A stretch of DNA of 64,000 nt from contig NC_043001.1 in NCBI RefSeq assembly GCF_006345805.1, forward strand, positions 120,838,001 through 120,902,000, given 5' to 3'. This stretch comes from Octopus sinensis. Taxonomy: Eukaryota. Under the pieces are notes generated by a model, which saw only the letters and a list, made by a program, of their open reading frames with translations, ran no database searches and was not told the origin of the DNA. How positions within the stretch are numbered: the first letter of the stretch is position 1; the number at the start of each line of letters is the position of its first letter. The translations under genes were made by a program, and so were the position numbers. Below, piece after piece: positions 1 through 11,393 of this stretch.

Positions 1-812
1 GTGACCAGTGAGTTGGATGTACCTGGGTGGAGATGGCAAAAGGCCAGCAAACACATATTACCTGGCTTCCTTGCCTTTTGCATCAACTAACCATTTAAAA
101 TAGTGGGGTAGTGATTTGAAGGAGATTTGGTTATAATATTTGGCTGCCAAATCTCCTTCAAATCATTAATGGTTTCAATGACAAGCCTTGAATAGAACTT
201 GTAAAGGCCATGGGCACAATTTCTTCATCTAGACCACGCAAATAAAAAAAAAACATGTCTTCTGTATTAAAAGGAAACATTAGATAATAAGGTCCTAGAA
301 CTTTTTTAAAATGTAGGATGGTCATGGCTGGAAAAACTTCGATCATAGGTCTACAAAATCAGAGCTAACCTGGGGTTAAACAATAACAACAGCAACAACC
401 CTTTCCTTAATATATTCATCTAATAAATAAATTTATTACATGAATTATATTCGCTTAAAGTATTATTGCTGCAAGTGAAAAATGATTTCCATAACAAATG
501 TAATTCAAAATGTAAAATTATTCCATTATTATTTCTTCTTTTTTATTCTTTTAGTGACTTTTTTCTTTGTTATCTTTCACCCTTCAGTTAAATTTCATAT
601 GGTGTTAGTTAAGTTTTAAATTATGTACTTGTAGAGGGTTGAATAAATTTGTATGACTTCTTCATATTCAACATACAATGAGGATGTAACTAGCAATTTA
701 ACTGATACATCTCTTGAAAGAACAAAAAATATTTAATTTTTTTCTCTCATTTCAGAAAAGTGCATAAAAATTTTAACAAGATTTTCTTTCACTTTTTTAT
801 TTTATTTTCCAG

Positions 813-848
813 AAACAAGGAAAATGAGTTTCTTACGACGAAAATCTG
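813..848 (+). CDS. PRKAR2: PKA type II regulatory subunit, first exon in window (36 nt, phase 1-1): xTRKMSFLRRKS(V), inhibitor/autophosphorylation site
   Basis: Polypyrimidine tract + AG at 811-812, donor GTAAGA at 849. RRKS joins in frame to VCAEAYDPE of the next exon, giving the RII-type RRxSV substrate site. Confidence 0.85.
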
Positions 849-1568
849 GTAAGAATCACAATTTTTTGTTAAATATTTTAGATTTTTAAATAATTCATGC
901 TTTATTTATGTATTCTTAGTATTTTTTTGATTTTAACATTGAAGTAAAAAAGAACTGGTGCAGTTTTATTTTTGTTATTACTTCTTGTTTTGTTTTTTTT
1001 AAATTTCTTTTCCTTCTAAGCACTCACTCTGCTGATCACATGTATTTAGCTTTTCCCGTATGACCAACCTCAGGTAGGTTCCATACACTTGTAAGTTAGA
1101 TTAGAGGCAAATCCAGCAGGGTTAAGTCTTATGTCTATTTGTTGCAATTATCTGCTTGTGACAGATCACTCACAACCAGAACTATCAACTTTAAAGGTTG
1201 TTTCTAATTCTTTTTCTACCTTATTCCAACTACCATTTCCTCATTGCAAGATTGAAATTCTGTACGCATTTGTACATCACACTGTTGAATAACAGCCAGC
1301 ACTTCAAAGAAAATCTTATCACAGATCTATTCTTCTGCTCCTGAAATTGTTCAAGATGCTATACAAAATGTGCCATTGATTCAATTTTCTTGTAAGTCAG
1401 TCACAACCAGAGCTAACCCCAAGTCCTCAAAACACTACTTATCCCATGTGGCAAGAAGCTTGCTTCCCATCCCAACCACATAAATTTTTTTTTATCAAAA
1501 CTTTTGTGCATATGTGGGTATGTTGTTTCTGAAGAAATTAACTCAGTTTACCTGTAAATTTAATAATA

Positions 1569-2000
1569 TTGGGTTGTCTGGAAAGTTTGTGCTGATTTTT
1601 AAAGGAAAGAAAAAGGTCAATAAATACTTTCCATTACATTTTTAATCAACCAAATGTGAACCATTTTGTTGCACAATGCATCTCCAGCTTTTCTTTAACT
1701 TGAAAATACCCTCTTCCCAGAATTGAGGTGGTTTCATGGCAAAGAATTCATCAAGGTATCTTTTTATATCATCCAAGGAACTGAAATTTTTACCATTAAG
1801 AATATTCTGCAGAGACCAGAATAAGTGGAAATCTGAAGGAGCAATATCTGGGGAATATTGAGGGTGGGGTAACACATCCCAGCCAAGCTGAAGCAATTTT
1901 TGTCTGGTTCCCAAAGCATCAAGTGCCGAAAACGAACTTTCTTATCTTCCATTTTATGTGGCAGCCCATAAAGTATGGAAAGGTAAACATTGTTGAATAA
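1569..2000 (-). mobile_element. internally deleted mariner (DD34D-type) transposon remnant
   Basis: C-terminal GTRQKLLQLGWDVLPHPQYSPDIAPSDFHLF...QNGSHLVD (1642-1914) abutting N-terminal MEDKKVRFRHLMLWE (starts 1952); one TIR TTGGGTTGTCTGGAAAGTTTG from 1569 preceded by TA. Confidence 0.9.
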
Positions 2001-2002
2001 TG

Positions 2003-2230
2003 TTTAGTCCTTTTGTTACTATATTTCTTTAGAAATACACTGCTTTTTATTTTTTTCAGTTAATTTAAAAAATAATAAGGTATTTAGTAAAATATCTGTC
2101 ATTAAGCTGGTTTGAAATTTAATTTAACATGAAATTTTGATGGGAGTTTTTAATTTAGATAATTTAAAACAGGAAGTTTGTATCATGGAACCTATCATGA
2201 AACCAGGGCAATTTTGTGTGAAACAGTTAA
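2003..2230. mobile_element. AT-rich MITE-like repeat, probably TTAA-type; a related fragment lies at about 38320-38490
   Basis: Ends in TTAA; shares blocks such as TTCA(A/G)TTAATTT and AATAAT.AAG.ATTT with the 38320 fragment. Family assignment is from recall. Confidence 0.35.
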
Positions 2231-5027
2231 ATGAACCAAACAAATACAAGGGAGACACCTGAAAATTAGTTGATACACCCTACTATCATCATCATCATCA
2301 TCACTACTTTCGCTTTTCCATACTGGTATGAGTTAGGACTTTTTTGAGGCATTGTTTTATGTGTAGATGCTCATCCCATCACTTTTGATCATCTCTTCTG
2401 ACACAGAGATATGATACCTATTCTAATGGCCTGAAATACATGCAATTAACCATTGAAATAGCCAGTGTGGAGATTGATGCATGGGAGAGATTCAGCATGT
2501 CCCTTTTTCAGAATGTTAACCTGCAGGGTTAAGGATCAGTAGATTACACTGTATCCTTAAACAAGAGAAATCTTAAGTTTCAAGGGCCTGGGTCAGTCCA
2601 ACTATACATAGATAATATTTGAAGAGTAACTGAAGATAGCAAGTCATCACTGAAAGTAGCAGGAAAAGGAGAAATTGGGTCCAACAGTAGTTTGCAATAT
2701 GTTGAGCTTAGATTAAATTCGCCAGTCTACTACTAGATTAATGATGTTTATTAGTTTTTGTAGTGTAGTGTCTATTAAAGAAAACACCACCAAAGGAAAA
2801 CTGAAATTTTAATGAGTTCTACTCAGAGTTTTTGAAATAATCTATAAATTATCGAAGCAATATAACTTGAGAGATATAATATGGATGGAAGTTGGATGTT
2901 GGTACTTTTGAAACTCCAAAAAAAATTAGAATGAACTCTTTGATAGATGGAGAGTGGGGGTATAGATGTCAGTTCTTGGTAGATGGTCAGTGGTGGAAGT
3001 GGTGGTGGTGTGGGAAAGGCCCCTCAGTAGATGGGTGATGGTGAAAATGTTAGCTCTTGAGAGGTGTTGGGTGATGCAGATGGCTGGGGGAGTGATGTTG
3101 AGGATATGAACTTTCAGTAAAGGGTCAATGATGGTGACAGTGGTGAGCTCTCTGTAGATGTTGAGTGGTGTTAGCTGCGAAGATATGAGCCCTTCGTATA
3201 TGGTCAGTGGGGTGGATACGATCTTTTGATAGATGGTTGGTGTTTTTGATCTCAATATACAACCAGTGGTCATGGAGTAATGTCATTGAGACATAACCAG
3301 TGAATTATGAATTATAAAATACATAATTAATAACTGTGGCTAGCAATGAAATTTTAGCAGACATATAATCACTGTGCACTGGTAGTGGAGGTACTAGTAC
3401 TTCTGTAAAGACCTAATCATTGGTTGCAGGTTATTGTATTCATAGTGAGGATTTTTTAATAAAATTACTAAAAGCAGTAGTGGTGGTGAGGGTTGTGGTG
3501 GGTGACGATATCTTAGAAGTAACATAATTGGAAATTCTCTATAGGAATATAAACTATGCGTTTATATTCTATTGGGAACATAATTAATAGTGGAAGTTTC
3601 ATCTTATTTTTTTTGTTAATATTAACAGTTATGAAAAGAATGAAAAAAATATACATATTTTGTGTTTTCTGTGCTATTTTATTATATTTCTTTGTACTTC
3701 TATGAATAAGTTAGCAACTGATTTTTAAATTTTTAAACAACATTTTAATTAACAGCAATTCAATAATTGGGAATGAAAAACTATAACAACAACCATCCTG
3801 TCCTTTCTTTCTACATGTGTGATAATTAAGAATTAAGAATTCCTATTAAGATGTTTTGCTTCTAGTTTTTTTAGTATTCTATATATCGATATATTCATGT
3901 AAAAATAATGAAATTAAAATTAATGTGGTTTGATGGAGAGAGAAGAATTTGCTTGCCACTAAGGCCAGGTGTGGTTGGCTTGAACAAATAGCAGCATCTT
4001 TTAATAATGGCAGGATTTTCACAGTTTGAATGTTAAACATGTTAGACTGTGACTGTATCCTCTACTCTAAGTGTGAATTCTTGCCAAAACATAACCAAGG
4101 CAGTGCTGCCTTGGTTGACAGTAGTTCAGTAATTGAAACGAGTAAAAGAATTAAGGTGTTTTTATACAAAATGTTAGACCCTTAAGTCACTTCACAAATC
4201 ATACATACATAGGTGTGAAACTTTCCTGTTGTATATATTTGCACCTTTTCATGTCTAAGTGAATATATTTTACCATAAAAATCTCACTTAGAAAATCATA
4301 AAACTGCAGTTTTAAAGCAATATTTGTTCTGCACTAAGTCACAACCATTTCCTTGTTGCTCTTACCATGAAAGATGCAATGAGCCAGTAATTGGCCCATT
4401 GTAAACCTGCAATCAACAACACTATTAATCCCCCAGCTGCAGAATTAATACATAAAATAAAGAATTTAAACACAGGAGGAACAGTGCCTCCCAAACTAGT
4501 AGCTGGCACAGGATGAACATAAATAAGTAGGAAACTACAGGTTGAATGTTGCACATAATAATTCATTATATTGAAAGTATTTCATTGAAAATTTAATCTG
4601 TAAGTGATGTAATGAGGGAAGAGTTTCTCATTGTCTACACCAGGTCCATGAAAGGACTAGAATTCAGCACAACATAGCAATGAAACAATTATTCTGTAAC
4701 CTCATTGCTACTATTACTGAGGATGGTGAATGAAGGTGCCTCAGCCAACTATTCATTTATTACTTAGTGGTGGACTTGACAATTACAACATAGATGATGT
4801 GTCTTAGTAAATAATACAGCATAGATAGATAATGGTACTCTGTCACCCAAATAATTGCTTGTAAACTGTTCAGTTGCTGGTCAGATGTGGTGGGGTTGCA
4901 AGCTCTCAGTAAACAATGTGGGAGGAGTAAGCTCTCAATAGATCGTCATCTGTAAGAATAAGTTCTCCATAAAATGCTAAAAGTGGTGAGCATGTGAACT
5001 CTCCATAGAAGGTCAGGAATTGAGTTA

Positions 5028-5340
5028 TCCTCATCATCCTTTAATGTTTGTTTTCCATGCTGGCATGGGTTGGACGGTTTGACCAGAGTGGGCAAGCTTG
5101 TGAGCTGCACCAGGTTCCAGGCTGATTTGGCTTGGTTTCTGATTTGGCTTAGATGCCCTTCATAATGCCAACCACTTTGCAGTGTGTGCTGGGTGCTGTT
5201 AACATGGCACTGGTATGAGTGCATTTACACGCTGCCAGCACAAACGCTTTTTATGTGGCACCAGCAGGCCAGTCCTCTTCCCCAGGGGGTACAGCCTAAA
5301 CACTTCTGCTGAGGTGACTGGGTCTTCTTGAGTACGTTAG
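5028..5340 (-). mobile_element. (GAT)n-tailed non-autonomous retroelement (RTE-like tail); related copies near 2285(-), 15010-15260(+), 23215-23520(-), 37255-37390(+), 43630-43735(-), 49730-49865(+), 52770-52885(-), 54075-54135(+)
   Basis: Shared tail CCAACCCATGCCAGCATGGAAAA..CATTAAATGATGATGAT and shared GGTTGG..TTAGGAAGGGCATCCAGCC block in many copies. Confidence 0.7.
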
Positions 5341-6096
5341 TTAGTTTTCAATAAATGTTTAGTTGTGAGAGTGAGATCTCAAATGGTCAACGAGAGTGAC
5401 CTTTTGGTAGATCAGTTATACAGGATCTGAATTCCAAACAACTAGTTAGTGGTGATAGTAGTAGTTTATTACCTTATATTGTGTTGTACCCATAGAAATT
5501 TCAGAGTTAAGTGTCATGGCTAAGTCCACCCAGCTGTAAACCAGTGGTGCACAGTAGAAACAACTCATACTCCAATACTCCAGGAAGTGGTTACAACACT
5601 ATAAAAATATCAAGTGGTATGTTAACTTGCAACGGTAAGTTTCAAATTCTAATGTGGGTAAATCTTGGGGAGAAACAGTTTTCATTAGGTTGATTTTTTA
5701 AAAGATGCACTACAAGAAGACAGACTTATCAGTGGTGCCCCCTATCACACAAAGTGTTAAAGGACTCATCATATGACACACATGCTAATGGAATTAATTT
5801 TTAAGAGGACAGTATGCTGGCACTCTATTGTTCATCAATCCCTGGACCTGTTAGAAATAAGTCACATCTCCCTCATATCACTCTTTAAGATGGATGAACA
5901 CATTGGATAATAGTTCTAAGTACACTATATTACAAAAATGATGTGATAGTCATGACTGATTGGAATGGCTTTAATTATAAGTCAGAGCTGACCTGGAGAT
6001 TAATCATAACTTCCCCCCCCTTCGTATGTTATATATTTCCACTAACTTTAACCTATAATATAAGGAATAAAGATATTATCAAATAGATTACAAAGT

Positions 6097-6415
6097 GAGC
6101 ATTTCAAGAATATCATGGAGAGAACAGAAATCCAATGGGGAAAAGGAAAAATACTTTTTATATTAGATACCATCAAAAAAAAAAAAACGAAAATATTTTG
6201 GACACTTAATTAGAAAACATGGTTTATTAGGAATTTTTAATGCAAGACAGAATGAATGGGAAAAGAGGAATGGGATACCAAGAAGTATGTGGATGGATTA
6301 TGTCGGAAATCAGACTGACTAAAATACAATGTGTTAAGACAGAACAAGAAAGGCCAAGATGATGATACGTGATATTTAAGAAGACGAAAACAGATAATAC
6401 TTGATGATGATGAAT
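6097..6415 (+). mobile_element. RTE-clade LINE 3' fragment, decayed
   Basis: Frameshifted ...RISWREQKSN...KKRKYFGHLIRKHG...NGKRGMG.PRSMWMD, ending in a GAT-repeat tail. Confidence 0.75.
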
Positions 6416-7794
6416 GGTTAAAATAGCCAAGTGGGGAATATCTTTAACTATCATGTTTGTGTTATTAGCTAAAAGAGGTGATTTATTGTTTCTCTGGTCA
6501 CATTTTTTTTATATTCCTCAATTTGTTTATCTGGAATTGTCACAGTTATTAGGATATTGGCTAAAATGCTTTGTTGAATTTTTTGTGACTCTGAGTTCAA
6601 TTCCACTGAGGCCAAATTTGCCTTTCAGCATTTTGGCACTGAAAAAAAAAGTACCAATCCAGGGCAATAGCTTGATATAGCATCAGATGAGTGGCTTTGT
6701 GGTACCTTTTTTGGTAGTCTGCAATTCTGACAGCAACACTTGTGATAACATTGTTGCCAAGATGAAGCAGCTTTGCTTTCCTTTGGTAAACATTGGTGAA
6801 AAGAGATTTGCATGCATGAGAAACTGAGAGTTTTCAAAAAAAGCAAACCTCTTGTCTAGACCTGTACCATGATATGAGAACTGATAGATTGTCAGCCCTA
6901 ACCAATGGAGACTTTAAGAATACATGAGGACCAAGTTTGGATTAAAGTTACCTCTAATAAGCTTACATTCTGTTTGGCATTAATGATATTTCTCATGTGC
7001 ATTTTAATGACCTAGCTGACCATGCAAGCATGGAAAAGCAGACATTGAAAGCTGATGATGATAATAGCTCATAAAACTGAAATTAAGCAACCACCTTATG
7101 GACTCCTAGAAGGATTAATAAACCTACAAGAACTATATTAATGAAGCTCCCTAATTCCATTACATCCAACATGATTCAAATTTATGGAGAAAACACAAAA
7201 AAAATGAAAAAACATTTTTTTTTTATTACTCTTCATTTATTTTTAAAATATGGCATGAGCCAAGAATTAGATAATTTGCAACAACAGTTGTAATAGCAAT
7301 TGTTTTACTCTGTGTGTGTGATATTGTAATTTCTCTGCAGCTAAAATCAAGATATTAAATCTTGCTAATGATTACTGAAATTCTTCTTCAACATTCAGTC
7401 ATTTTGTAGTTGGCAGGTAATTATGTTCTTTATTTGGTTGTTATTTTTACTTTTTTCTCTCTTTTTTTTCTTACATTTCTTTTTTTTTTTACTCTTTCTG
7501 TCATAATGAACTGCTGAATGATTTAGTGTCCACATTCTCATTAAAAGAATCTTCTCATATGTTAGGAACAAGACACAAATGTACACATTTCACATGTGTG
7601 TGTGTGTGCACGGATACATGTGCGCATGTATGTGTATGTGTGCTCAGGTGCATTTGCAGACATGGTTATACGATTAAGAAGTTCACATCCCAACTAAGAG
7701 GTTTCAAGATCAATCCCACAAAGTAACACCTTGAGTAAGTTTCTTCTATCATAGACTTGGGTCAACCAAAGATTTACGAGAGAAATTTGATGGA

Positions 7795-8023
7795 CATAGC
7801 CATAGCTACATGGTTAAGAAATTTGCTTTACAATCACATGGTTTCAGATTCATGCCTACTAAGTGGCACCTTGGATGAGTGTTTTCTGTTATACCCTCAT
7901 GTCAACCAATGCCTAGTGTGCGTGGCATCTTGGGCAAGTGTCTTCTGCTATAGCCCCGGGCCGACCAATGCCTTGTGAGTGGATTTGGGAGACGGAAACT
8001 GAAAGAAGCCTGTCGTATACATG

Positions 8024-8073
<50 letters not shown>

Positions 8074-8320
8074 TGTGTCTGTGTTTGTCCCCCTAGCATT
8101 GCTTGACAACCGATGCTGGTGTGTTTATGTCCCCGTCACTTAGCGGTTCGGAAAAGAGACTGATAGAATAAGTACTGGGCTTACAAAGAATAAGTCCCGG
8201 GGTCGATTTGCTCGACTAAAGGCGGTGCTCCAGCATGGCCGCAGTCAAATGACCGAAACAAGTAAAAAGAGTATAAGGTATATGGAAGCCCATCATGTGT
8301 GTGTGTAGATTCATGTGTCT
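7795..8320 (+). mobile_element. SINE family A (tRNA-like head, internal TA/TG microsatellite, AAGAGTA tail): young copy 7919-8273 nested in an older head
   Basis: High identity to the copies at 42624-43017 and 43983-45065. Confidence 0.85.
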
Positions 8321-9479
8321 ATGTTTAAATTAGCAGTGCAACAAACAGAGATCATGAGCGTCAAACTCAAAAACAAATCCTGGAATTGATATGATTGACT
8401 AAACCTTTGAAGTTGCTGCCGTAGTAAGGAGCCAATAAATGACCTGAAACCAATAAAGCAGATAATAGAAAAGAAAAGAGAAAAAGACATAAGCTGTATG
8501 GAAGCCTGTTGGGGTCATTATTCCTGTATTTGGGTTGCTGACTTCATCTGTCACCTGGTCCTTGAGTATTTGGCAGAGGATTTTTCCATTTCTAACATTC
8601 AAATTTGGTCCACACGCACACATACACACAATTTTAACATTTATTGTGGGATCTGAACACTTGATCCCAATTCTAGACCCCAAATGTCCATTGATGATAG
8701 TATTTACTACAACCAAACTATAAAATTGAAATAATTTGGGTGCGTAATAATGATCTTTGTAGCAAGTGAGGGAAACCTCTGCTGTCATTATAGCACAGCT
8801 TCCAACTTGCTAATAAACCAACTACAAGTGTGAGAAATACATAGTTAACAAAAATCAAGATATGAGACAATGAGTGTGTCGCCGTGGTTACTCAACCTAC
8901 CTTAGGTACCCTGATTCAGTATATTCTGGGTACATGGCCAAGCTACCTAGGCAACAAGCATTTTATTTCAAGGATCATGCTGTTGCAACAGGTTTTGCAC
9001 TACATACCTGCATTTGACACGTTGGACCAACAGAGTTCTCCTACATTAGTTGTTGAAACAATATCAGGCTACTGCATGCTTCTATCTAAATATAAAACTG
9101 ATGCGGATATTAGACATCTACACCACTATCCCTGAGGAGAAAACAGCAATATTAAAGCTTAGATGACCCTGAAGGTTTCTTTGCAGTTGAACTACATTTG
9201 TAATATCTGACAGGTTTTATTTTTTAAAGAATTATTGACATTTACACTAAATATAAGAAAATATAATTCTTTTTGCATCTAACATACTTCTTACCTTAAA
9301 CTTATAGTTAATAACTTTTACACTTCAACACTCTCACTTCAGAAAAAATTATGAAATTGAAAAATTCTAAGGATTCCTTATGTTTGAACAACATTATTGC
9401 ATACAAGATGCAAATAGTTGTATATTACAGTTGTTGCAGAATCATTGACATTTAAATAATGAGAATATATGCATGTGTA

Positions 9480-9483
<4 letters not shown>

Positions 9484-9537
<54 letters not shown>

Positions 9538-9833
9538 CAAAGTGAAGTTGTAAGATACCACACGAGTGGAAATATATATAAAGGAAGGTTTGAAAATGCA
9601 ATTTTAAAAGGTGTTTATTCACTTGACTGGTTTCACTTTTTTAGAAAAAGATTGTCAAAAGTAAAATGTAAAAGCTTTGTAAAAACTTTTTTGTGTTAAA
9701 TACTGGTTGTCACAAAATATTACAATACATTTATACATTCTTTGATAATAATAAGAAAAATGTTAAAACAGTTTATAGGGAAAATAAAAGTCAAGTGAAT
9801 AAACACCTTTTAAAATTGCATTTTCAAACCTTC

Positions 9834-9868
<35 letters not shown>

Positions 9869-10256
9869 ATAATAAAATGAATGGTTTATGACTGGTAGCT
9901 TACTAGTAAAGCACTGTCACTTTCACAGAGATCGTTATGTTTACATCCGTATTTGTTAACGGTCATTTTTAATACTTTTCTCACTGTATTGCGTGGTCAT
10001 TTCTCTTTTTTCCCCATCTTTGCAAATGAAGATATTTCCTCTGTCTGGTTGTTTTTCTTTCTACAAAATGAGAAGTTGCATTGCAGAACTATTATTTTAA
10101 TGAGTTTTATCTGTTTATCACCTGATGAGATACATCTAAACTACTGGATGCTGCTGAACCAGTTTTTGAGTGTCCCACCCATGAAGTATCGATGCTAGAT
10201 GTGTTGAACCAATTGTCAAGATTAATCAATTTTTGTATATTCCATCTTCCACTTGC

Positions 10257-10287
<31 letters not shown>

Positions 10288-10580
10288 CTTATAAAATAAG
10301 GGCAAAAGAAAAATTCTAATGCCAAATATGCCGAAAATAGACAAAATTGTCAATAACCATTATAATTTATAATTTTGTCTATTTTCGGCATATTTGGCAT
10401 TAGAATTTTTCTTTTGCCCTTATTTTATAAGTTATTTATAAATTTAACCTTTAAAGGTATTTTTTAATATGCTGGCCATTGATAAAAAATTTTTTCGGAA
10501 AAGAAAATTTTATCCTACATTAGTTGTATATATATATATATATTATATATATATATAATATATATATATATATATACACA
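9484..10580. repeat. chain of (TA)n arrays separated by unrelated short modules, two of them inverted repeats
   Basis: (TA)n at about 9484-9536, 9572-9580, 9838-9866, 10260-10285 and 10527-10577. Confidence 0.9.
9867..10260 (+). mobile_element. (TA)n-embedded repeat, probably Penelope-like terminal fragment; a second copy lies on the minus strand at about 17735-18090
   Basis: The ORF-track peptides at 9953 (+) and 17843 (-) align (FFLQNEKLHC.T.ILMS.I.LSPD.IHL), so these are two copies of one repeat. Both abut TA arrays and carry hammerhead-like motifs. Confidence 0.55.
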
Positions 10581-11065
10581 CACACAGTGAGAGAGAATGT
10601 CAACAGATGAAATCCAGAGATGCTCAATACAGAAAACACCTAGCAGCATTCAGGATGAAAGCTCCTTCACCAATGGGATCCTAGCATGTGGACTGCAAGG
10701 GAGACTATGTTGGAAAAATAGATCTCATTTGACCACATTCCATGAAAGTATCTTGGTCAGCCTGTGAACTTTTCAGTTGACCATCATATGTGTATGTATG
10801 TGTATGTATGTGTATGTATGTGTATGTATGCATGTGTGTGTGTGCATGTGAAAATTTAATTTTTTACATCAAACCTATTCCTTATTCTTAAATAAGAGGA
10901 AAAAGACTCATAAATGTCTCCTCCTACTTATTGATGATATAAGACTGGCAAAGTTGTTTGTGCTGTTGGATAGAATGTTTCATTGTATTTGTTCTAACTC
11001 TGTACTTTAAGTTCAAATGTTACAGAAGTCAACTTTGCCTTCCATTATTTTAGAATCAAGGAAAA

Positions 11066-11393
11066 AGAAGTGGCTATGTGGTAAGTAGCTTGCTTACGAA
11101 CCACATGGTTCCAGGTTCAGTCTCACTGCATGGCACCTTGGGCAAGTGTCTTCTATAGCCTCAGGCCGACTAAAGCCTTGTGAGTGGATTTGGTAGATGG
11201 AAACTGAAAGAAGCCCAATGTATATATATGTGTATGTGTGTGTGTATGTTTGTGCGTCTGTGTTTGTCCATCCCCCCAACATTGCTTGACAACCGATGCT
11301 GGTGTGTTTACGTTCCCGTAACTTAGCGGTTCAGCAAAAGAGACTGATAGAATAATAGGCCACGGTCAAATGACTGAAACAAGTAAAAGAGTA
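11066..11393 (+). mobile_element. SINE family A, internally deleted
   Basis: Head AGTGGCTATGTGGTAAGTAGCTTGC..., short internal microsatellite, tail GAAACAAGTAAAAGAGTA. Confidence 0.85.

Noticed and set aside
4339-4566. Hydrophobic 75-aa minus-strand ORF, possible nested gene or NUMT
   Set aside because: No recognisable motif, no mitochondrial gene match by eye and no convincing splice sites.
7902-8099. Recurring short ORFs such as MLGGQTxT...GFFQFPST...[13 protein letters not shown]
   Set aside because: Antisense or sense readings of SINE family A copies.
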